DNA from: Candidatus Poseidoniaceae archaeon
Lineage (GTDB): Archaea > Thermoplasmatota > Poseidoniia > Poseidoniales > Poseidoniaceae
Direction of reading: 5' to 3'
Length of the DNA stretch: 64,000 nt
Assembly (NCBI GenBank): GCA_965662895.1
Contig: CBFIJH010000001.1
Coordinates: 96,001-160,000, forward strand
In this document: positions 56,083 through 64,000 of the stretch, piece after piece
Layout: every line of letters starts with the position of its first letter
Numbering within the stretch: position 1 is the first letter of the stretch
Notes under the pieces: generated by a model
What the model saw: only the letters and a program-made list of their open reading frames with translations
What the model was told of the DNA's origin: nothing
Database searches by the model: none
Program-made: the position numbers and the translations under genes

Positions 56083-57582
56083 ATCGCGTTTTGGCTCTGG
56101 TTGTTGTTCGGGCTCAGATTCAGTTTCCACAACATCATCCAGCACTTCCAAGACCGAGTTAATAATCGGGCTCTTCCATTGCTCTTCAGCATCTTCATAT
56201 TCTTTGAGTAACGCTTTTGTCGATTTTCTCGACAGTGGTAAATTGCACAATGCAGCGTGCTCTTCAGCACTCAATCCCAAAGCAAGTGAAATTTCGAACC
56301 GATTGGGATCACCAAAAACTGGATTTTCTTGATGAAGCACACTCAACAATGGCATAAATTCTCTACGAACTGTCGAACGACTCGTTTTCGAGATATCAGC
56401 CAGATGATTGATGATTGCAGGACGCATCCACGAACCAGAGCGTCGTAAATAGTTCGGATAACTTGGATAGATACGAGATGGCAATGCTGTCGTATTTGCA
56501 ACACTTGCGGACAGAGAGGAGAGGTGAAGCGTCCAGTAGGAGGAGTGATGCGCAAGATCACGATACCTGCTTTCAACCGAACGATCTGCGAGAGTCAAAG
56601 CATTCGAACCTCGACGCATTGCCACAACATCAAACAACGAAGCGTTGTTCCAGTGAACCCAATTCATCAAATCCGAAGGTTGTTTGTCAATATTGCGGCC
56701 AATGGTGACAGCATCACTCGCAGAATCTGAGCGATAAAGCGATTCCATACCTGGGAACACTTCAGTTGTCATATCCCGAAGACCAGCATCGAGATGCTGT
56801 CGGACGGAAACTGCTTCCAACTTCTCAATTCCACCAGAGGTTAACACCTGCAAATCCCGAACGAGAGCACGAAGGTCACCATGATTCCCGTCAACGAGAA
56901 CATCGATAGCATCGTTTGTGTATTCAATGGATTCTTCACGAAGGACTCGTCGTGCAATTCGCCGTAATGCCTCATCAGAAACACGATCAAACGTAACCGT
57001 CAACAAATGTCGACTGAATCTGTCTTTTGTATTTCTCCAAGTCGATGATGAGCGTCCCCACAAACCCATAATGTCGTTGCATGCAAGGATAACCGGTTGT
57101 TTGGTTGCCTCCAAGAGTCGAAGAAGTTCAGCTTTCCCTCCCGAATCACCCGAAAGGGCGACCGATTCATCGTTCTCAATTCCTTTCCGGATACGATCTT
57201 CACTTACCGCCCGAAGCCCTCCGCCGATGTGGTCAACCTCATCCAGCAAGATAAGTGTCCGCTGTTGAGGTTTTGTCGGGTCGTGAAACAAGGACCGATG
57301 TGTGGATGATTGTGTTGCTGCTTTACGTATTGCTACAGCATTGCGTGTATCGCTAGCATTCAGTTCGATAACTGTCCATCCCATATCTTGGGCAATCGCT
57401 CGGGCAACTGTTGTTTTTCCCACACCAGGAGGACCGACCAAGAGTATACCCTTCTTTTTCGGTTGGCCACTCACCCAACCATCAAGCCATTCTCGGATTT
57501 TACGACGTTGTTGTTCATTCCCCTCGAGTTGATGCTCAGACGAGGGGCGATGGCGCTCAGTCCAGTCTGAAGCACCGCTCAT
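56059..57582 (-). CDS. rfcL: Replication factor C large subunit
   Basis: WTERHRP, GPPGVGKTT, IELNASD, LLDEVD, ILACND, GDLR; C-terminal PIP box QRTLF. Confidence 0.92.
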   Translation of the reverse strand: MSGASDWTERHRPSSEHQLEGNEQQRRKIREWLDGWVSGQPKKKGILLVGPPGVGKTTVARAIAQDMGWTVIELNASDTRNAVAIRKAATQSSTHRSLFHDPTKPQQRTLILLDEVDHIGGGLRAVSEDRIRKGIENDESVALSGDSGGKAELLRLLEATKQPVILACNDIMGLWGRSSSTWRNTKDRFSRHLLTVTFDRVSDEALRRIARRVLREESIEYTNDAIDVLVDGNHGDLRALVRDLQVLTSGGIEKLEAVSVRQHLDAGLRDMTTEVFPGMESLYRSDSASDAVTIGRNIDKQPSDLMNWVHWNNASLFDVVAMRRGSNALTLADRSVESRYRDLAHHSSYWTLHLSSLSASVANTTALPSRIYPSYPNYLRRSGSWMRPAIINHLADISKTSRSTVRREFMPLLSVLHQENPVFGDPNRFEISLALGLSAEEHAALCNLPLSRKSTKALLKEYEDAEEQWKSPIINSVLEVLDDVVETESEPEQQPEPKRDSAQRTLF

Positions 57583-57603
57583 ATCACCGAGTCAACACGA
57601 CGG

Positions 57604-57611
57604 TTCATGAA
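57604..57611 (-). promoter_or_regulatory. Putative promoter box TTCATGAA at -29..-22 from rfcL ATG
   Basis: Fixed-spacing octamer. Confidence 0.55.
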
Positions 57612-57624
57612 GATGTTTCTTTGC

Positions 57625-59304
57625 TCATAGGAACGGAAGTTCGTCAATCGATATCCGGATTTGCGAACCATCATCACGATTACGAAGTGTGACTGTGTAA
57701 TCTTCAACAGACTGGTGGTCGACAGTCAAACAAATCGGAACACCGATTTCGTCGGCGCGAGCATAACGTTTCCCGATTGATCCACTTCCGTCATAAAGCG
57801 AAACCAGACCTGTTTTTTGACAACAACGTTGATGCAATTCAACCGCCAAAGTATCCATTCCATCTTTTTCAAACAGAGGAAGAATCGCAATATCGATTGG
57901 AGCGATCGATTCTGCGATTTTGAGCATTCGGTACGGTTCGCCACCTTTCTCGGTCTCTTCGTACGCATGATCGAGGACATGCCAGAGGATTCGATCGATT
58001 CCAAAAGCGGGTTCAACGACGTGTGGAATGTACCATTCACCAGTTTCTTTGACGGTTCGTTGAATACGTTTGACATGTTCTGGACCTATAGTCAGGATAC
58101 GACTATCCGAAAGTTCAACGTCGATAGGAAATTGTGTATCCGAATCAAACGTTTCGACAATGCTCTTGATTTGCCCCGCATCAGCTCGAAACGCCGGTCC
58201 AGCGGTACCACCATCAATCGTCCAACCATCGATTTCGATGATCTTTGGTTCAGGAAATTCTCGGCGAGCCCGGAGCGTTTTTCCAGTCGCTTGTTCATGC
58301 GCTTCCAAATCGTAACAACCTCGGTGGGCAATTCCCACACATTCGACCCAACCATACGAACCCTCAATCTCAACATCCCAACAATCCGATGCGTAATGGG
58401 CCATTTCATCTGGAGCATGTTGTCGGAATCGTAATCGTGATGGGTGGATACCGACCTCAACGAGGAAATCGTATGTTTTGCCCATGAAGTAACCGACAGT
58501 CGAATGGCGAACAAGATTGGTTTCAACAGCGTCCGGAAGTGTCATTTCGTGCAGGGTTCCTTCTCCATCAATGAGGTTGAATTCAACAAAAGACCATTGC
58601 GAAAAATCATGTTTGATCTCGTTTTGAGGGTCGATGAAATATTCCAATTCAGCCATGTTGAACTCTCGAAGCCGAATCATACCTTGACGTGGTGATATTT
58701 CGTTTCTGTATCCTTTCCCAACTTGAACTGCGCCAAACGGTAAACGCTCGCGAAAGTGGCGATACAAAGCAGGAAATGATGTGAACATACCTTGTGCTGT
58801 TTCAGGCCGGAGGAAACCATCCCTTCCTGAGGTTCCTGCGCCAATGGTTGTTGCGAACATTAAGTTCTGTGCAGTGACTTCTCCCCAATCTTTTAATCCA
58901 CAGGAAGGGCATTCAGGATTTATTGATTGCAAAAACGACTGCAATTCAGACTTTGAAAGTGCATCCGGATTTGGGTGGGAATCCTCCAAAAGCGTGTCTG
59001 CACGACTCGCTTCGTTGCATTGTCCACACACAGTCATAAAATCCGAAAATTCTCCAACGTGGCCACTGGCTTCTAGTACCTCGTACGGGGTCACAGTTGG
59101 ACAGGAGATTTCAACGACGTTACCAAGGGAAAGCCAATGATCGACCCAAACCTGGTTCAATCGAGAGCGAAGTCGTCCACCAACGGGTCCAAAGTCGTAC
59201 AGGCCTTTTGCACCACCATACAAATCAAATGCAGGGAGAAGAATACCTCGTTGCTTTAACATTCCTTGCAAACGTTCCAGGCGTTCATTCTTCCTGGTCA
59301 ACAA
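57625..59304 (-). CDS. glyS: Glycine--tRNA ligase (alpha2, archaeal/eukaryotic type)
   Basis: LYGG, DFGPVG, ASGHV, LRPETAQG, RNEISPRQG, REFNMAE, VVEPAFGIDR, SIGKRYARADEIG. Confidence 0.95.
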   Translation of the reverse strand: MLTRKNERLERLQGMLKQRGILLPAFDLYGGAKGLYDFGPVGGRLRSRLNQVWVDHWLSLGNVVEISCPTVTPYEVLEASGHVGEFSDFMTVCGQCNEASRADTLLEDSHPNPDALSKSELQSFLQSINPECPSCGLKDWGEVTAQNLMFATTIGAGTSGRDGFLRPETAQGMFTSFPALYRHFRERLPFGAVQVGKGYRNEISPRQGMIRLREFNMAELEYFIDPQNEIKHDFSQWSFVEFNLIDGEGTLHEMTLPDAVETNLVRHSTVGYFMGKTYDFLVEVGIHPSRLRFRQHAPDEMAHYASDCWDVEIEGSYGWVECVGIAHRGCYDLEAHEQATGKTLRARREFPEPKIIEIDGWTIDGGTAGPAFRADAGQIKSIVETFDSDTQFPIDVELSDSRILTIGPEHVKRIQRTVKETGEWYIPHVVEPAFGIDRILWHVLDHAYEETEKGGEPYRMLKIAESIAPIDIAILPLFEKDGMDTLAVELHQRCCQKTGLVSLYDGSGSIGKRYARADEIGVPICLTVDHQSVEDYTVTLRNRDDGSQIRISIDELPFL

Positions 59305-59396
59305 ATCCCCTCAACCTACGCTGAAGGAGATGGCATTTCAACTTGACCTCATGAGAAAAGGCTTGATTTGAAAAACTACGGTCTGTTCGGACAACC

Positions 59397-59711
59397 ATGG
59401 GACAATCCATGGTGGCCATCACTGAGGCGGATTGTACTGGTTGTGACTTGTGCATACCCCATTGCCCATTCGAAGCACTGCTCCCGCTCAACGAAAATCC
59501 TCAAGTACGCAAACACAAGAAGCGACCAGTAATTGTCCTTGCATCGCAATGCGTTGGTTGTCTCTCATGCATTGGATCATGCCCGACCAAGGCACTGCAT
59601 GAAATCCTCATCCCCCCTATCACCACGACGTCACCGCTTCTAATCCCTGCAGATGACCCTGAAACAGAAACAATTCTTCGATGGGGTCGAAAGGGCATCG
59701 GTTGGGCCTAG
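59397..59711 (+). CDS. 2x[4Fe-4S] ferredoxin
   Basis: CTGCDLCIPHCP and CVGCLSCIGSCP. Confidence 0.88.
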   Translation: MGQSMVAITEADCTGCDLCIPHCPFEALLPLNENPQVRKHKKRPVIVLASQCVGCLSCIGSCPTKALHEILIPPITTTSPLLIPADDPETETILRWGRKGIGWA

Positions 59712-59777
59712 GGAAAAAACGAAACAATCATATGTATCATACCAAGCCTCCACACCACTGAGATTGGTGGAAAAAAT

Positions 59778-62700
59778 ATGCCTGAGATACAATATCTCGA
59801 ACATCCGACAGAGACGGATGCTTTGATGGACAAATTAAGTCCGCCAGTTCGAAACTGGTTTCGAGAAAAGTTCCCGGATTTCACACGACCACAGAAACTC
59901 GCCATACCGACGATTATGGATGGAGGCCACCTCCTTCTTTGTTCACCAACAGGTTCAGGTAAAACACTCACGGCATTTTTGACAATTATCGATCAATTGG
60001 TAAGAAAGGCACTCGATGGGAAACTGGAAAAAAGAATTCATTGTGTCTACATTTCACCGATCAAAGCACTTGCGAATGACATCCAGAAAAATCTCATCGG
60101 ACCGCTCACAGAAATTTCCGAACGGTTTCTACCGGATCGAGCACAAGAAATCCGTGTTGGATTACGAACAGGAGACACGCCCCAATCCGAACGACAAAAA
60201 ATGTTGAGGAATCCTCCACATATTCTGATTACAACTCCTGAAAGTCTTGCTATCGCTATTACTTCGCCACGATTCCAACCCATCATTAGTGATGTTGAAT
60301 ACATGATTATCGATGAACTGCACTCTCTGGTTCCCACCAAACGAGGGGTTCACTTGGCACTCACCCTTGCGTATCTGGATACACTCCTTGACCGACCTCT
60401 ACAACGTATCGGAATTTCTGCAACCATGGAGCCTCTGGAAACCGTTGCCGAGTATTTGGTGGCAAGCGACGACCGAGAATCACGTGGTGACAATCAAAAG
60501 GTCCACATTGCGAAAGTATCGGGTTCGAGAGAACTTGACTTAGACATACTTTTGCCGCACACAAAATTTAGCGATTTACCCGTCCTCAAGATACTGGATG
60601 AAAACATCAATGTTATTGCAGACCTCATTACAGCGCACACAACTACGCTTGTTTTTGCGAATACGAGAAAAATGACTGAAACACTCGTTCAACGCTTAAG
60701 ACGACCAGAATTTGGCCTCGGTGAACTTGTTGCAGGACACCACGGTTCGATGGACAAGAAAATCCGACTTAATGTTGAGCAGCAGCTCAAAAAAGGTCAC
60801 CTCCGCGCCGTCGTGACATCCTCGTCTCTCGAAATGGGAATTGACATCGGTGCCGTCGATATGGTCATACAACTTGGCTCCCCAGGTGACATCGCAACAG
60901 CGCTGCAGCGTATTGGTCGTGCAGGACACCACGTTGGTGGCATCCCTCGCGCTCGGTTTTTGCCATCAAGCGTCGATGACCTTATCGAACTTGCAGCCCT
61001 ACAAGCTGCTATTCAGTCAGGAGATATGGATCGATTGGACTTTCCGGAAAATTGTCTTGACGTCGTAGCTCAATTCCTTATTGGATTGGTCATCATCAAT
61101 GAAATCGATATCGATGAGGCATTTGAAATCGTATCAAGCGCCTGGAATTACAGGAATTTTGAGTACGACGATTTCATCGAAGTTCTTGACATGCTTGAAG
61201 AAGAGCGACGTGTTTGGGTGGATTGGGAAGACAATACGTACGGAAAACGTGGATATTCTCGTATGATTTATTATACAAACATCGGTACAATCGCCCCGGA
61301 TAATTCCTATCTTGTCTTCAATGCAGAAGGGTCGATTCTCGGACAACTTTCTGGTTCCTTCGTGTCGAATCTTCGAGGAGGCGATGTCATTCTGCTCGGT
61401 GGTTCCACCTACCGTGTTACGAACATACAAGGGACGAGAGTGAATGTATCGAGTGTCACGGGTTACCGTCCAACCGTTCCATCGTGGTCGGGTGAAGCTC
61501 GCTCAAGGAGCCGTGAATTGTCATCATCTCTTCTCGATTTGATTCGACATTGTGTCGTTGCACTTCGTCGTGAACAGGACCCACGTTTGGTACTGAGAGA
61601 AGCCTATGGTCTATCAAATGCGGTCGCTAATGCCATTGCTCGACATTTGGAAGAACATACCATCGATTCCTTTCAAGTTCCTGAACCAAATCGAATTCTC
61701 ATTGAACAGGTCATCGGTGCCGGCCATCCTGCATATCTGATTACGACCTGTCGAGGTCGAGCATTCAACACGGCCTTGGGTTACTTTATGGCAGGAATCG
61801 CTGAATCGTCGGGCGTCAGTGTCATCGAATTGTCGTTTGATGAGAATGGATTACTTATTCGAACTGCTCAAGAAGTCGATCCAGCGCAACTGTATGATGC
61901 GTTTCGCTCAAACAACCACATCGAGGTTATCGAACGATACATCATCAACACACAAATTTTTGCAAAACGGTTCCGAGAGGTTGCAGGACGCTCTTTGATT
62001 ATTCCAAAGCGGGTCGGTGCTGAAGAAATTAGCCCGCAACAATTCCAACAAAAAGCTGAGGCATTGCTCACGCGTCATCGAACAATGGAAGGATCTTTGC
62101 TCATGCGTGAGGCAAAGAATGAGGTTCTGTTTGGCGATATCGATGTTTATGGATTGAACCAATTTTTGGAATCCTGCATCGAGGGTGATGCACGTATCGT
62201 CCACACGAAGGTGACCATACCGTCTCGACTTGGAATGAGCCTCTACATGTCTGCATTTGAGGACCTTATGTCCATGAAGACACGCGCCTTCCTTGTCAAG
62301 GACATCGATCCTGAAGTTCTTCGTCGTCTAATGGGAACGCGAAGCCTTGCAACTGAGATGACCAAAGAACAACTCGACAAGTACTACAGCGATAAAGCAC
62401 CCGTGCCCAATTCACCCGATTCACTGTTTGAATTGATGCAACACGGTGGTGGCCTTGACCGTCAATTCAACAACCCTTTGTATCGTGATAAATTGGATGG
62501 AATTGAACTTGAAGTCATACGTTCGTGGGTTGAAAACTTGTGCCAACGTGGCAAAATTACCAAGGTTGATGGTACTGGAGAAGCAGAAATCGATGGCAAA
62601 TGGTTTAATCCATTCATGGCTGAAATCCATGGTACGCTAGCATGTCTGGCAAGCAGTGATTCGACGTCAATCATCGATCTACGAGATTATGACACAAAGG

Positions 62701-64000
62701 ACATGTCGTTTAACATCGCTACAAAATTTGATGGCACAACTCCAATCGAATGGGAAACGATTTCGGTCGGGGACCCGCACGAGGCATTACGGGTAAAAGT
62801 TCTCGAAATTTTGGGCTCCGAAGGGCCAAAAACAACCGAAGCGCTTCAACAACGTCTTCCATTCTCTGAAAAATCCGTTGATCGGATTGTTCACGAATTG
62901 GAGACGCGTAACGTAATTTCTGTCGGATTTTTCACGCAAACAGAGGATGCTGAAGTCATTTTGAAGGTCGATGAACATCGAATCACAGGAGGAGAAGAGG
63001 ACGTCGTTGAATACCGATGGATTCAGAATCTCGTGCTCGATAAATCGTTCAAAAAATACGACGATGTCTTTGAAGCATTCAATCAACACGTCTTCGTTCA
63101 GAAACAACAGGAACTCCTCTACAGAATTTCGGATTTCCGTTTCAAAGATTGGAAAGATTTGCAATTGGACTCCGATGTGATCAGTGGACGCTTGCTCCAC
63201 AATCGAGTAGGATACACGACAAAGAACAACATCCCAATGCTGCTTGGTCTCAAACCCGAACCCTGGATAGGTGCAATGGAAGAAGAAGTGTTGTCAAAAC
63301 TTCAACCACATGAAAACATTACACGTCAAGAATTGGTTCAAGACTTCCCGAAAGGAGAGGAACATCGACAACTTGAACGCGACGTCAAGAATGCGATTTC
63401 AAACCTAGAGCGCCAGATGCTTTTCGTCAAACAGTTTGAAGAGGTCATTGGACGAAGACGACGACTGTCGCTGTTCCACAAGGTCCACGGCGTCTACAGT
63501 CCGATGGAGTTCGAAGCTGCTCTGGAGGAGGTTGTTCGGCGGATGGGTCCTGTGAAAGCAAGCACGTTGCGATTCTATGTTTCAAGAAATTACGAAGACC
63601 TGCTCGTAGCCCTTCACAATCTCGAAACAAGTGGCCGAATTTCAAAAGTAACGGCTCTCGTACCGGACACTGAGGACTTCTATTGCACCCCTGATGAAGT
63701 CGAATTGTTGCAAGTTCCTCGACGAGAAGACCGTACGATTCGGATTCTAACACAATCCGATCCCTATGTCTCACGGTTCATCTGGGAGGTTCGCTCTGCT
63801 TTGGATCGAGGCTGGTATCTCCCAGTTTTCAAAGGCGTCGATCCTGTCGGCAAGGTTTTGATGTTCAAAGTCAATGATTATTTGGAGATCAAAGATATGC
63901 ATGTGCCTACAGCATACTTTGAAGAATTCTGCGATGCTTTCAACGTCTTGCTTGAAAATCATGCCGACCAACTCGTCGATGTTGCAGTGTTAAGCAACGT
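59778..64000 (+). CDS. lhr: Lhr-family SF2 helicase, long form with C-terminal extension; 3' truncated by window edge
   Basis: Absent from ORF track because it has no stop in the window. Manual reading gives SPTGSGKT, YISPIKALAND, RTGDT, TTPESL, DELH, ISAT, HHGS, SSLEMGID, QRIGRAGH, IGTI; the same frame reads as protein at the window end (>1400 aa). Confidence 0.9.
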   Translation, partial: MPEIQYLEHPTETDALMDKLSPPVRNWFREKFPDFTRPQKLAIPTIMDGGHLLLCSPTGSGKTLTAFLTIIDQLVRKALDGKLEKRIHCVYISPIKALANDIQKNLIGPLTEISERFLPDRAQEIRVGLRTGDTPQSERQKMLRNPPHILITTPESLAIAITSPRFQPIISDVEYMIIDELHSLVPTKRGVHLALTLAYLDTLLDRPLQRIGISATMEPLETVAEYLVASDDRESRGDNQKVHIAKVSGSRELDLDILLPHTKFSDLPVLKILDENINVIADLITAHTTTLVFANTRKMTETLVQRLRRPEFGLGELVAGHHGSMDKKIRLNVEQQLKKGHLRAVVTSSSLEMGIDIGAVDMVIQLGSPGDIATALQRIGRAGHHVGGIPRARFLPSSVDDLIELAALQAAIQSGDMDRLDFPENCLDVVAQFLIGLVIINEIDIDEAFEIVSSAWNYRNFEYDDFIEVLDMLEEERRVWVDWEDNTYGKRGYSRMIYYTNIGTIAPDNSYLVFNAEGSILGQLSGSFVSNLRGGDVILLGGSTYRVTNIQGTRVNVSSVTGYRPTVPSWSGEARSRSRELSSSLLDLIRHCVVALRREQDPRLVLREAYGLSNAVANAIARHLEEHTIDSFQVPEPNRILIEQVIGAGHPAYLITTCRGRAFNTALGYFMAGIAESSGVSVIELSFDENGLLIRTAQEVDPAQLYDAFRSNNHIEVIERYIINTQIFAKRFREVAGRSLIIPKRVGAEEISPQQFQQKAEALLTRHRTMEGSLLMREAKNEVLFGDIDVYGLNQFLESCIEGDARIVHTKVTIPSRLGMSLYMSAFEDLMSMKTRAFLVKDIDPEVLRRLMGTRSLATEMTKEQLDKYYSDKAPVPNSPDSLFELMQHGGGLDRQFNNPLYRDKLDGIELEVIRSWVENLCQRGKITKVDGTGEAEIDGKWFNPFMAEIHGTLACLASSDSTSIIDLRDYDTKDMSFNIATKFDGTTPIEWETISVGDPHEALRVKVLEILGSEGPKTTEALQQRLPFSEKSVDRIVHELETRNVISVGFFTQTEDAEVILKVDEHRITGGEEDVVEYRWIQNLVLDKSFKKYDDVFEAFNQHVFVQKQQELLYRISDFRFKDWKDLQLDSDVISGRLLHNRVGYTTKNNIPMLLGLKPEPWIGAMEEEVLSKLQPHENITRQELVQDFPKGEEHRQLERDVKNAISNLERQMLFVKQFEEVIGRRRRLSLFHKVHGVYSPMEFEAALEEVVRRMGPVKASTLRFYVSRNYEDLLVALHNLETSGRISKVTALVPDTEDFYCTPDEVELLQVPRREDRTIRILTQSDPYVSRFIWEVRSALDRGWYLPVFKGVDPVGKVLMFKVNDYLEIKDMHVPTAYFEEFCDAFNVLLENHADQLVDVAVLSN

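Noticed and set aside
59708-64000. Apparent gene-poor region with only short ORFs in the track
   Set aside because: It is one open Lhr reading frame from 59778 that runs off the window end

Overview
Gene-dense archaeal chromosomal window with about 52 CDS and one tRNA-Val(GAC). No CRISPR array or mobile element is evident. Archaeal information-processing genes (Kae1, PAN, aMBF1, Tsr3, PriS, RFC-L, SRP54, archaeal ProRS/GlyRS/MetRS, long Lhr) are mixed with bacterial-like heterotrophic metabolism: histidine utilisation, methylmalonyl-CoA mutase/epimerase, futalosine menaquinone genes mqnE/A/D, transketolase/transaldolase, OPT transporter, S15 peptidase and YdeP/FdhD. This suggests Marine Group II Thermoplasmatota (Ca. 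Poseidoniales); that is inferred from gene content. The strongest novelty candidate is a 159-aa protein that looks like exactly one half of eukaryotic deoxyhypusine hydroxylase (DOHH), keeping both His-Glu iron-ligand motifs and the YxSVDPAPP linker, so it may be a homodimeric archaeal hypusine-forming enzyme. Other signals: a non-canonical TT(C/G)A(A/T)GAA-type box at -29..-22 from many start codons, including one bidirectional box; a dif-like 28-bp site; a Zn-ribbon/EF-hand/TM/Tudor-like protein; a Get3/ArsA-HSP20 gene next to srp54; a ProRS with an insertion in the proline-binding loop; and a half-LIM-like microprotein. All family calls come from motif recognition by eye, with no database searches.
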